A stretch of 63,372 nt of DNA, filler included, from Diploschistes diacapsis (taxonomy: Eukaryota): NCBI GenBank assembly GCA_023645945.1. It is 9 parts of 9 records of this genome, joined end to end, with 100 filler letters (N's around TTAATTAATTAA, not from the genome) between each part and the next. Parts side by side here need not be neighbours in the genome. Positions count along the whole stretch, not along the records: positions 49,422 to 56,353 come from JALAIB010001332.1; positions 56,454 to 63,372 come from JALAIB010001333.1; 7 more parts are not named here. One strand, 5' to 3'. Shown in pieces: positions 51,585-63,372 of the stretch. The position numbers and the translations under genes are program-made. The notes under the pieces are model-generated. The model saw nothing but the letters and a program-made list of their open reading frames with translations, searched no databases and had not been told where the DNA came from. Numbering within the stretch: the first letter of the stretch is position 1; the number at the start of each line of letters is the position of its first letter.

Positions 51585-52734
51585 TTAACCGCGGAAATCG
51601 CGGACAAAGCGGGCTCGGTTACCTCCTTTACCTCCCTTTGCTCCTCCAGCAACTCCCTTGTTTCCGTTATTGCCAGTACCTGCCGAGGCAGTGGCGGTCG
51701 ACGAAGAACTAGCAGCAGTGGCGGTTGATGAAGAACCAGCAGCAGTGGCAGCCGTGGTCGCGCTCACGCTGGTGTTGCTACCGCTTCCAGCGTTGCCAGC
51801 GCCGCCGCCACCGACTGTGAACTTGGTGCAGTCATCTTGTGCCCCACGTCTGTACAATATTAGCGTATCCTTCGTAGAGGCAAGAGCAGTAGACTCACTG
51901 AGCAACGGGCATGAGAACAGGCTGGTGGTTGCTGGAAGATGACATGGTGCAGACACGGTAGTTGCCAGCTGCCAGACCACCGGTGACTGTAGCCTGAAGG
52001 TTGCCCTTTCCATCGCCAGCATCGTCAACCCCTTTGAAGAAAGCGAACTTGGTTGGGTCGGGAGCAGTGGTAGGGTTCAGGCTGTCACCTAAAGCCTGGA
52101 CAGAGAAGTGCATGTGACCGATAACCTGACCCGCGCTGTTGAGCTCCTGAGGGGCAGCGTAGTAGGTAGCGTCAGGGTTGGTAAACGAACCAGCCTGGAT
52201 GTTCTGGATGTTTGCGCTGAGAGTGAAGGTCTGGTTGTCGCTGATGACTTGACCGTTTTGGGGGAAGGTGATGATGGTGCTGACCATCTGTGTCGAAGCG
52301 GGAATCTGACCCATGACTATACCGTTGCAGGAACCTCCCTTCACCTGCAGGCCGTTGGTCAATGTCTTGCCAGCACAGAAATTGATGAAGTTGGCAGGAT
52401 CGGTGTTGGATGCAGCCTGTCCGGATGCCGAACCGCTAGCCTGTGTACCATCTGACTGAGAACCGGTTTGTACAGCGTCAGGGTTAAGCTCGAGGTTGCT
52501 GCCGCCGTTACCGCCACCATTGCCACCATTACTAGCATTTCCGGTACTCTGGGCTGCTGCCGCAGCAGTAGTAGTAGCAGTAGCAGCCGCGCCGCTCGTC
52601 TGACCATTTCCTTGGCCGTTCCCCTGACCGCTGGGGCCATTGTTGGTGCCCTGACCGAAACCCCCCCTGGCAGCAGCCTCGCTGGGGAAGGCAATGCCCA
52701 GAACAAGGGCCAAAAGAAGAGTCTTGCAATGCAT
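51585..52734 (-). CDS. Secreted protein with a Cys-containing globular domain between Gly/Asn/Ala/Thr-rich arms; 2 exons
   Basis: Signal peptide; NFINFCAGKTLTNGLQ...GSCNGIVMG...HQPVLMPVAQ|RGAQDDC; intron GTGAGT...GCTAAT...CAG. Confidence 0.88.
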
Positions 52735-53880
52735 ATTGAAGGATTGATAAATGCTGTAGGTAAATAGCGTATCGTTGAAGGGTCGTCAAGACAAGGCAAA
52801 CGTCCGAGAAAAGATTGACTGAAGTGAAGGAAGGGAAGGGAAGGGACAGGCACGTTCAACGTGTAGTTGGAAATTGTGTTGAAAAGAGAGACTGAAAGGC
52901 AAGCAACTGAAGCCGCTGTGTGATGATGGAGAAAAAAGTAGCAGACTTGATGGAATCGACAGGTAGTTAAATGCTCTTGGCGCCTCTATGGGGAGAATCA
53001 ATGCATTGTCGACCAGAGAGAGGCCTTTGAGGTCGGGCGGCATTATGGGCCATCTGATTAGAAGAGTAGTTGATTGTAACTCGGTATGTATCAAAACTCG
53101 AAGCTTTGCAGCAAGCCGGCATGTGTGGAAGCTTGCAATTTCGTTGGCTCGTGTGAATCATGAAGCGTTAAGGTTGAGAAGAAGTTCATGCAAATCGGGG
53201 ATATGAAACAGGGAGATGGATACAACTTCATGAGAACACGCAGCTTAGTCATGAAGCTACATCCACTCTGATTGGCTGCTTTCGTGGCTCCACCATCGCC
53301 GTGTATGATCTTACCGTTCCTGGATTAGCGTGCATTGAAAGAGCAACTTCGAATAACTTCGAACCGCCAGACAAAGTTATCCATGATGCATCATGGAGGT
53401 GAGCGATTTTCCCCCATTACCCCATACCTATTCCATATCATTTGAAACGAAGCTTCCAGTTTCGCCTCGGAGACCTATTCCCCCCGTGGCCATCATTGCT
53501 ACCCGTCAATGGCGCATCGGCCTGTCCCATAGTACTCGATAAGGTGCTAATATCGCCATAGCTGGAGATTGCTGGTACAAGGACTAGTCGCCCGTCCCAC
53601 TTTTCAATTATTGGGTTCGTCCGCACTATGCATAGGTTCGTCTGCTTGACAGATGTCGTAGTATGCATGCCGGAACCAAACCGAGTATTTGATATCTCAC
53701 TCGGGCATGAACATCTGGGGGACTCCAGGGGCACACCAATACCCTCCGATCCAAGCGAGATTCTATTGTCGTGAGAGAGTCTTCGGCACAGGATATTGCA
53801 AGGTTCTTCTTAATGCCTAGGGGAAGCGGTTGTTCCAAACACTCGAGGCAGCCTCGTCATATCGAGTCGCAATGCCAAGC

Positions 53881-54904
53881 TCAGACCACCAGTTTGCCCT
53901 CCATTACCCTCACTGCTCTGCCTGAAAGGAAGACCTGCTTAATGTCTCGATTGCCGTCTAGTTTGACCCTGACTCGGATCAAGCTACGTCTGCCCATTTC
54001 GACCCCTTGCTCGATCTCGTAGCCATGAGTCTGTCCCGCATTCCCGTCTTTGTGAGCCAGGTAGCAAGCAAGAGAGCATGCAGCAGAACCTGTAGCTGGA
54101 TCTTCCCCTATCTTATGCTCTATCATGCGGGTTCGTATACTAAGAACACTTTGTGAAGGACTTCCTACAGTAACGAAGAAGTAGCTTCCTATCAGGCCCT
54201 GTTCCCACCCGTTGTCAATCAGAGTCTCCTTGCTTGGGATGTCTGCCGTGCTGGGACTAATAGCCGCAAGTTCGTGTTCGACAGAGGATAGTTCTATCAT
54301 CACATAGCTCATTCCACTCACGAACGAAACAACAGGGTACTTGCGCTCCTCGGTGGAATCTGCTAGAACCCTGGCCAAGCTTGGCTGAGTGGCAAGATAA
54401 TCTTGTGAACTGATGGGGTTACTGTGTAAGTGAAAGTTATGGGGAACCTGAGCCTCTACATCCTTCGTCTGTGGATCGGAGTGGCACTCGATAAGTCCTG
54501 CCTTGCACTGAAGTTTGACGATAGACGAAGCCGTGCTTTGAGCTTCCATAGTAATATAGCTGAGGGTACCAATTGTCGGATGTCCTTTTCTAGCAAATCA
54601 GAGCCGGACATGGAACCGTAGCGTGCAATGTAGAGGAAGACGGCAGAGATGAAAGCTTTGTTCAAGTACCTGCGAAGGGGATCTCTCCAATGATTGTGAA
54701 GATATCAAAGCGTCTGGCATCGGATGCGTCCCCTGCCTCGTGAAGGAAAACGGTCTCTGAGAGGTTGAATTCCTTTGCTATTTTTAATTTCTGCTTTTCG
54801 TTGACGTCGGTTCCCTTTGGTATATGTACAATTGCCAATGGGTTACCCTCGTATGGGGTGTCTGTGAAGACGTCAAGGGTCGAGAAGTTCAACGATGTCC
54901 CCAT
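53881..54904 (-). CDS. PhzF/DAP-epimerase-like family protein; 2 exons
   Basis: DVFTDTPYEGNPLAIV, IAKEFNLSETVF, EIPFAG|HPTIG, EDPATGSAA and EQGVEMGRRS. Confidence 0.93.
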
Positions 54905-56353
54905 CTTAGCGATTGCAAGAAGCGCCAAGCGGGTTACTGCTCCAGATTCAGCAACGTACATGATTGGGAATGAGGATTGTTTCCTACCTTATTTAGATGG
55001 TGGGTCTGTAAAGTTCCTAGACTTTAGACGCACAACTTGTTTGGTCCTATTGCAAAGAACTGGGAGTAGAGACGTGTAAACAGTTGTGGTTTCACTACGG
55101 AGTTATCATATTCTGGAGCGGAGCGTACCGCAGTGCTAACTAAAGGGAAAAAAACCGCAAAGAGCGATAATGATGCGGCGCATCATATGTCAGTTGTAGA
55201 CTGGGAATGACTTGTCTTCCCCCGCTGAAGAAAAAAGAAATTAATGGAAGAAAAGAGAATAAAATGAAGGGGGCAGCCCTGCTGCTCTTTTACAAAGACA
55301 ATAGAAAATAGGGCTGGGTAGAGGGAAACCAATGTAAGGTCCAGCAAAGGCAGCTTCGGGGTATCCTTATATTGAAAGAACGTCTCCCTCCCATCAAACG
55401 GCCGTTCTTCTTCACAATCTCATCCTTTGGGAATGACGAAATAATACACGTGCGTTGCACTCACGGTCAAGACATCAACGAGGCAGCGTTATGTTGCAGA
55501 AACAATGAACCAAATAGAGGCTAACACGGCTCGTGATGCTCCCCAGTGCAGTCACGCCACACAGGACGCCCTGGAGGGACCGGAAGGTACAACGTGCCAT
55601 CATCGAGGTAGCTGCTTGACATGATAGCAGCCCAGCAACGGTGGAAAGTCGTTTTCGTCCGACGCGATGCTGAGCCAACAGTCCATACCCGTTGGCGCGA
55701 AGACGATTAGGACCGCAAATGAGTTGTTCAGAAGCACAAGACGTAGTATACGCACATCCCATGGGATGATGTAGGTCGTATGCTCTAATAAAGAGTCGGC
55801 GTGGCTTCAGACGTTGTTGCTCTGGTATCTAGATCGATCCCAGAGGCCATTCACCAACGGCAGAAATCCTTTACGGCATTTTCGGGGAGACAATGTAATG
55901 AGTATATGAGTCAAATGAGACTCAAATTGGTTATAAGAAGGTACTTCCTCCAGCTGCTAATGGGGAAGTGGGCAAATAGAAGATAGGTTCAAAGCAGAGG
56001 AGAGAGTTGATGCGATTGCGAGTCGCTTCTAAACAACTTGGGTGTATTTGATTTCATCCCTAAGAACACAGAAGGTGTATATATACATCGATCCCGAGCA
56101 ATGAAATTCCAAACCAATCTAACTACCGCCATGCAAGACAACCAAATCAATAGAAATACGAATGTTGTATGCACGAAACATCCATAATCCTTCCTCAACA
56201 GCCCTAATAAGGCAAAAAGCCGGATATCGTGCGAATAAGGCGGAGCAGCAGCCTTCCCCCTCCTCCAAAATCCTGTCCAAAGTTGGTGAACGCGCGATCC
56301 ATCACGTGACCGAACTCTTCCCCTTCCCTCCACTGCCCTCCCCTCCCTTTGCC

Positions 56354-56453
56354 NNNNNNNNNNNNNNNNNNNNNNNNNNNNNNNNNNNNNNNNNNNNTTA
56401 ATTAATTAANNNNNNNNNNNNNNNNNNNNNNNNNNNNNNNNNNNNNNNNNNNN
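56354..56453. other. Artificial contig spacer
   Basis: Same 100-nt linker. Confidence 0.99.
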
Positions 56454-58549
56454 CTCCTGTTCAGAGGCCTCCCCGCCATCTACCCCCGAAGCCCCTTCTT
56501 TCCGCCGGGCGTATTCGCGACGACGATCCTTCAACAATCTCCTGGCCCCGGGATCCCCGACTGCTTTAGACTCGACGGAGGGGCCGTTGTGGGGCCTCAG
56601 TGTCGCAGACCCCTCTCTTCCTTTTTTGAACACCTCCTTTTCCTCCGTTGTATAGCGTGCCCGGCCGGTACAGAGCTTACTCTGGTCCCTCATGACTCCG
56701 TACGTGCAGCCAGGGCACCTACGATCCGACGCTGCACAAAGCGTCGGGCACTGGCTCGCGAACTAGGGGCCGTGCGTAGTCTTGGCTCTGTTTCTTGGCG
56801 TACAGGTGCATCTCCTTTGGGAAATGCTGAGCATCGCCTCGTCTTGCAGCCCACAGGCTTGTTATGCATGGCCTGGGATGCGCTCTTCGAGTTGGCAACC
56901 TGGGTGAGAAATGGATTTGGGGGTAGGCTAGGGCTTGAGAGGTGGGATTGGTACTTGAGACGGGCGTGGATAGGTCGAGATATAGGCTTTGTCTGTGCGC
57001 TTGCGAAGGGTGTAGATACGGTGTTGTGGTTGGGTCTGTTAGGAGGTAAACTGTGAGACAGGGGAAAGGAAGCGTGGGACTGAGCGACGAAATGGTTGAG
57101 GTGGTGGTGGTGTCTCGTGTCCGTGGCATACCTTTGTAGGTGGCCGACGAGACGAGACGTATAGATAGGGGAAACTGAGTGGTATGATAGGGGAGAGTTA
57201 CAGTGATAACTCGAAACGGGGCGGAAGCCAAGAGAGATAGTGCCGGGATCAAGCTAGTGGCACCCAGATAGTAAGATAGCTGAGAAGAAATATTTGATGT
57301 TGTCTTTTGGTAGTATGGAATGGCCTTCTTTGCCTTAACTTGTTGCCAAAGCCAGGGGGAAAAGCATAGGGGATGAAGAGAAAAACCATATACGAAACGT
57401 TTGTGCTCTTTTGAGCAATGGAAAAACATCACACGCGGGAAATATGTACAACGGTAACCGAGTAGAGATCACTAGTATGAATAAAGGAAGCGATCTGCCT
57501 CCGTAGTATCTCCAGGTATGAAGGCCGGATACTGTCAAAGCGTACTAATGATTGTTTTAACAGCGCTCTGCCTCGCATCTCTACGGCCACCTCCACATGA
57601 AGAGATCGAGGAAGGAGCTACCGATCGCTTTTGGTGTTGGTTTCCTCATCCGCTTCCGGGACGTAGGTAATCCAAGTCTCACAGACTCTTTGTTAAAAGA
57701 GCCTCGCAAGATCTAGAGAAGAGACTCCACGTTGCGGAATCTGCACCTGAGCGGGATTTGGCGATTCTGCTTCCATGACTATCGTTCTCGCTTTCAACTG
57801 GAGATAGATGAGGCTACAAGCCTCCAAGCATGCTGGAGAGGTATGTTTCCAGGCATCAGAACAGGCCACAAATAACTCTTGTGACATGCATGTATCGACA
57901 CTCGTGGTCAGTCAAGTTTGGTCTGCGTGATAGTGAGCTAAGCGCAGGGATTAGAAAACCGACGGTCTAGCGCTCGGGGCCTCAGAAGCACTTGCATAAT
58001 TGGATTAGACTTGTTAAGAATCTGGACCCCCTTTGGTAGAAGACCATTGGCTTCGACTTCCCGATACTTCAGCTCATTCAAGGCCCTTAAGATTTCGTAC
58101 GAATATCGCTTGACTCGTTGAGGCATGTCCGAGGAGAGGCCTGTTCAAGGAACCCTGAGTCGGGCCAGGTGTGGCGTTTTTCGCTACATTGAATGCAACG
58201 AGAAGGATATGGTTATCCCATTTAAAGCGCCACAAGAGGTACTTGTGTCTGCACCCGGAGCAATGTGCTGGTTTGCAGCGCTAAGGCTGATACTGGCTCC
58301 CACTGGATTTAGCGCAACGGCTTTGTCCTCTCTTTTCCAGTTATAGGCTGAAGTAGAACAGTCATTAAAACGTGCAGTGCACGCAGGTGCAATATAGTTG
58401 GTGTTCCTCACTGCTGAGCCTGCCTCTGCATATGCTTATCTCCCAAATCTAGACGCTGCAAGTAATTCCCACGAGAGATGCTGGGCTCGGAGATTTAGAA
58501 ACGAGCTTTATTGTGATCATAGTAGCTCAGGCTACGTTACCTACTAGCA

Positions 58550-58960
58550 AGTTTATAAATATATGATCTAATAACACGATTATAGGTATTACATTTAGTA
58601 CCCCGCTCGAATGACGAATCAAATCTAGTTTTTAATTATTATAAGTCATAATTAAAACATTTTCAGTATTTAATAGTAATAATTATTGTATTTTTAATAA
58701 ACTTTCGAGGTTAGTCTTTTGGCTCAGTGCCTGTTAGGTACTATTCCCCCGCTGTTACATTAAATCCCGTTATTAAATTCGTTTTATTCTTTAAAAATTT
58801 CTCCCGCATTTCATTCCCAGCGCTAAAAATATAATTATCGAATATTAACTATTTTAAAAATAAAAATTTCGAGACCTAGATACAGAGATTGAAATGGGTA
58901 TTAATAAAGATACGTTATCGTTATTATATAGATTAAAAATCTACATTATTAAGCGGAGAT
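58550..58960. mobile_element. AT-rich RIP-like repeat relic
   Basis: Abrupt AT-rich island containing a motif shared with 49007-49067. Confidence 0.55.
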
Positions 58961-59552
58961 GAAGGTTGTTATGAAATACGCCTAGACGCTGTCATTATTG
59001 ATAATCGATCTCAACAAAATGTTTCACACTAGCATGTCCCCGAAGGGAAGAAACGAGCTTTACTCGACGTGTCTGGAAAGAAGTCTATTATGGTGGTAGG
59101 ATGCTTTATTCCCAATCGTGGAGCGTCCCGGCGCTGGGCAATCGGGTTCTGCGTAGATCTGGGAGGATCACATAGACCTTAAAGGGGCCCGTGACTTGAG
59201 AAGAGGCATAGGCCCTGCAGCTCTGCTGAACAATCTAGATCACCTAGCAAGAGCTGCCTTGGTACATCCGGTGCAATCGCGTACTTTGAGAACTGAATAC
59301 GATGTAGTATATAAAAGCATGGCTTGCCACTCGCTTCAGGATCGTTACCCGGTAAAGGCCCCTCGCATTCCCGGGTTGACGGCCATTGTCCCTTAGGTCA
59401 CGATCTTGCTCCTGTACGAGCTAAGCACGACAATCCTTCTGCTATCAGGCATTGACCTCCACCGTCGCAACCAACTCCCTTCAAAGCAGTCAGTGACACC
59501 CCTTCCTCTCCTACACACCAACTGACGGCCCCCAGCCAAAGCCCCAGTCGAA

Positions 59553-59833
59553 ATACAACTCTACCACGTCTTCCTCCCCATTCTCACCCTCCTCCCCGTC
59601 CTTGTAGCAGGCGATGCCTGCGTCGTCGGCGGGCCGGCAGACAAAGTAACAGCGGCGGAATCGTGCTGCCCGGAAACTCGACGACATACCAGGCGTGCGT
59701 CGGCAGCATCAGCGGCGATCCCCGCGATCCCCCCGATCTCACCTGCATCGCGGACGAGACGTGTCCCACGTCGAGGATCGTAAGGAAGAGGGATTTGGTT
59801 TCTTATTTGGTGAAGAGTGTTGCTGGAGCTTGA
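59553..59833 (+). pseudogene. Small secreted cysteine-rich protein pseudogene
   Basis: (ATA)QLYHVFLPILTLLPVLVAG-DACVVGGPADKVTAAESCC, then in a shifted frame TYQACVGSISGDPRDPPDLTCIADETC. Confidence 0.6.
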
Positions 59834-60371
59834 TCTGGCGAAGGGATCGGGGGCATGGGATGAAAAGGAGGGGAGGAGCGGCGTTTCTCGAATGATACCT
59901 ACTGTGCTTTGTGTTATCGGCGCGCTGAGTAGAAGCATTATGCTTATTCTTTCGTGATGTAGCGGTTAGCGCGTTATGGGTGCTACGATATGGATACTAG
60001 TAACGACACCATAAGTCGTTGATGTTAGCGAAAATGAGGCACTTGATTGAGTTGGAATCAGTCATAACAATGAGACGATAAGATCAATACGCTTGCCAGG
60101 TACATAGTCGTGACCAAGTACCAGCGTATCACGCCCTATCTCACGACAGAATCCCTCACAATCTTTTTGTTCACTTCAGCTCTCCAATATATCTACTGGG
60201 AGAACCAAAGTGCCACGCTATTTTACTCAATCGTTGGATGACTATCAAGTCACAATCGAGGTCGAGTGATTTGCCAAGTCTTATTTCAAGCGGAACAACT
60301 TTTTATCGACACAATAATGAGCTGCTTAGAAAAGGACGAGGACTACCCAAAACCTCAAGTAAAGAAAAAGC

Positions 60372-60455
60372 GGAAAGTGGTTGCAGGAGTCGAACCCACG
60401 ACCTTTCGAAAAGGGACAACATCCCGTACCTAGTCAAAACTTGCGCCAACCTTCC
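60372..60455 (-). pseudogene. tRNA-like / Pol III-type element (degenerate)
   Basis: A-box-like TGGCGCAAG, B-box GGTTCGACTCC, 7-bp terminal stem GGAAGGT/ACTTTCC and a T5 run immediately downstream; no canonical anticodon arm. Confidence 0.45.
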
Positions 60456-61470
60456 TCCAGCCCTCCTCCTCCTCCCCTCCTCCTCGTCAAGAAAACCGGG
60501 TTCGCCTTCTTAAGCCAAGAGAGACTATTCCCTGGCCGACCAGACTTTGCATCAATACCCCAATACACAATACCCAATACCTTCAAAGTACCTTCAATTA
60601 CTGATCATTGTCCCTCATTCTACCATTCTACCATTTCGACCTTCAAGGGGGGGCTTCAGGCTTTTATTGTGTGTGTGTGCGTGTGTTGTATGTGTGGCCT
60701 ATGGAATTGTGAAACTGCAATTCACAAAGAGAACCCAATAATACATCGGGCTACCAAGCACATCTTACAGAATCATAAGCTCACATGTCTGCGCTTTGGC
60801 CTATCTCGACATAACCCGAGCCATAACTATCCTTCAGTGCCCGCTTTTTATTTTTCTTCTTCTTCCGCGTCTGTGCACGCTCTCAGTCGTGATTGCCATC
60901 TAAAAAACCGGGCTCCTCGACACACACACGGGCCCCAGCTTGAGAGAGTCATCCATCCCTCGGATTACTACCCACAAGCCAGGACTTCCTTCTCTCCATC
61001 GACATTATCCATCAACATTAGAATCACACAGCCTTTCACACCAACCATCCTTATCTCCCAAAACTCGCTCACCCCGCTTGTAACACCAAAGGGAGCCCAA
61101 GGCGGCCAGAATTTCCTGCATCTATAACCGCCGGTCTCCTTCGTTCATTCCATAGTCGACCACGAGCCCCCCCGATCGTGCCGGACCGAGCTCAAAGTCA
61201 AGCACCACAGATTTCTTCTATCTCCCTTCCCGCAGATTCTTTCCAAGGATCTTCTTCAAAGTTACCTCGACTCGCAACCTGTTCAACAACCACGGCCAAA
61301 ATCTTTCAATTCGAGCGCAGATCCATCCTCCACCATATCGCTGCACCAAGGACCGTCAACCATCTTTGAACGCCGGATGAGAGCCTGAAAGGGTCGGCGA
61401 AGCTGTAACCGGAGGACGAGGGATTGGGATCAGGAACGGTCTTCTCAGTAACGGGGTTAAATCAACGCGA

Positions 61471-63257
61471 ATGCCTCCCGCAGATCCCAGCACGGCAAGC
61501 AGGCTGGCAAGGTTCGTTTCCCCCCCCCCAAACCCCTTATGCTATGGTCAAACCCCTTCTCGCAACGAAGGGAAAAGCAAACTTTCTGACTTTGATCCGT
61601 TTCAGCTCTGCCTACCAACTCACAATACGGCAAGGCCCTGAAAGGGCAAAGGTCGCAGGGCAGGGAAAGGAGAAGGGTATGTCGAAATGGAAGGCCGTTT
61701 GAAATCTTCGTGCTGTATAGCTGACGGAACTCAGACCGAAAACCAATCGATCCTCCACCGATCATCCAGTTAAGGATCAAGGATCCTTCAGATCCTGCAC
61801 AGTAAGAAGCGCGAGCTTACGGTGCGCGATGGTGACTGACGCCCACAGAAACTTCCTGCAAAGCCCTTACTATTTCGTCGCTTGCAACCTCTGGCATTTA
61901 ACCGAGGACAGGCCCGCCAAACACGAGAATGACGAGTGCGCACTCTGTGGAACGGTCGTTTCTTCTCTGCATAGATTGAAAGATTCCGATAACTCGGGTT
62001 TGTATACGATTATCCCGCCTGACAGCAGAGTGGCTGACGGTTTTTTGAACAGATGGCGGATTCTTCGTATTTGGGGACGTTTCCGTCAAGATCGAGGGTC
62101 AATACAGGCTGCGGTTCACCCTATTCGAGATGCTACAGTAGGGAAAAAAAAAATTCCTCTTCCAACCTGTGCTTTTCGCTGACCGTTCCCAAGAGGCGAA
62201 GTTGTCTCGCTTCAGACCATCGTCACGGATACCTTTACGGGTAAAGTCGGCTGCCACGCCACATCTCTCGCGACTGACCGCTTGCAGTTTTCTCCGCAAA
62301 GAACTTTCCAGGCATGTCTGAGTCTACCTTCCTGTCTCGATCGTTTGGTGACCAAGGAGTTAGGCTGAGGATCCGAAAAGAGACGCGGTACGAGGGGTTC
62401 TCACACAAGTCTCATTCGGTTTTTTTGGGAAACTGACGAGCCGCAGCAAACGACCAGCTTCCAGGGACGCGAATCCTGTCGACCCGCAAGCATATGGGCA
62501 GCCCAGACAGGACGCCGGTGCCATGCACGCGCAGCTTGGATATCCTCAAGCCGCATACGGTCAAGCGGCTGCGCGAGACTATCGGCACGATTACCCTGAG
62601 CCGATGGTCAAACGTCAACGCTCTGTGGGACCCTACGACAGATCGCAGGCACAAGAAGCCTGGTCGTTTTCGCAAGCTCAGCAATCAGCCAACGTATACG
62701 CGTCGCACGCTCTGCCTGCCCCGACCTACGGCCAAGTTGGAAGCTCGAACGCCCCTTCTATGGAGTCGTTCACTTTCCGCAGCCATCCTTCGATGTCTGC
62801 GCCTCAGCTGGGCGATTATGGCTCCGCACAAGCACAAAACCCCTACGATGCACAGGCTCGCTACGCACAGGATGCATCGACACAGTACGGTGACTCTCAG
62901 GCCAGTTCTCAGCGCGTGGCACAGCCTCTTGCCGTGAGCCGGCACACAAACCCTGCAGAGCACTTGCAGTACCAGGAGATGAACAGGTACGGAGCCGTGT
63001 CGAATCCTGATCAGCGAGATCAAAAATATCAATACCCTGCGCCACCGCAATCAACCTACTCCACTGGTGAGAACGGTTCCATCCTCCCGCCTCTTTCGGT
63101 GTCGGGAGCTTCCGCTCAGACGATGGGAGCTTCCACGTCTCCCTATACTTACAGCACCGCCGACGGACGATATGCGAGCCACCCAGGGGCTCAGGCAGGC
63201 GTACAGGGAAGCCGTGCGGCGTACCCTGGCTATCCAGCGCGTAATATTCCTCTTTAG
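61471..63257 (+). CDS. vosA: Velvet-domain regulator, VosA-like; ~8 exons
   Basis: Spliced [13 protein letters not shown]...[16 protein letters not shown]...|NFLQSPYYF...[12 protein letters not shown]...|[27 protein letters not shown]...[28 protein letters not shown]. The velvet domain is N-terminal and followed by a Q/Y/P-rich tail. Confidence 0.9.
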
Positions 63258-63372
63258 CCCCGTTCTGTATGTGCATGAATTGACGATTTCCACAGAATAT
63301 CCTCTTGCTACCACCTATATGTAATATAAGCTTTCTGTATCACCACGTAACGCGTCATGACCAGAAAGGGAA

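Noticed and set aside
53881..54904. PhzF as evidence of phenazine biosynthesis or bacterial transfer
   Set aside because: PhzF-like genes are widespread in fungi; this one has an intron and no other phz genes are present.
56454..58430. ORFs 56719..57432 and neighbours; also 60381..61127
   Set aside because: No domain signal or coherent gene model; the latter is probably vosA 5' non-coding sequence.
60372..60455. Functional tRNA, including tRNA-Sec
   Set aside because: There is no canonical anticodon stem-loop or UCA anticodon, and the D and T stems are imperfect.

Overview
This is filamentous-ascomycete (Pezizomycotina-type) nuclear DNA with short GT-AG introns and CTRAC branch sites. It is not one locus: nine ~6.9-7.0 kb contigs, sorted by decreasing length, are joined by an artificial 100-nt spacer (N44-TTAATTAATTAA-N44), so adjacency across spacers carries no meaning. 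Contig 1 has a Zn2Cys6 transcription factor and a hypothetical gene. Contig 2 has a decayed highly reducing PKS abutting a P450 remnant head-to-head. Contig 3 has a YPK9-like P5B ATPase divergent from NAP1. Contig 4 has a CDC25-like RasGEF with a long, self-complementary last intron. Contig 5 has a secreted Lys/Gly-repeat protein followed by RIP-scarred pseudogenes. Contig 6 has transposon debris with a ~580-bp foldback and two tandem P450s. Contig 7 has GRC3 and an Ecd/SGT1-family gene. Contig 8 has a BTB fragment, a SAS2-like MYST acetyltransferase, a secreted protein and a PhzF-family gene. Contig 9 has a small secreted Cys-rich pseudogene, a tRNA-like element and a vosA-like velvet gene. 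I see no complete novel multi-gene system. The best leads are the PKS/P450 deletion junction, the structured CDC25 intron, the candidate cationic-peptide precursor, the RIP-killed island and the atypical P450 pair. All calls come from motif recognition by eye; no searches were run.
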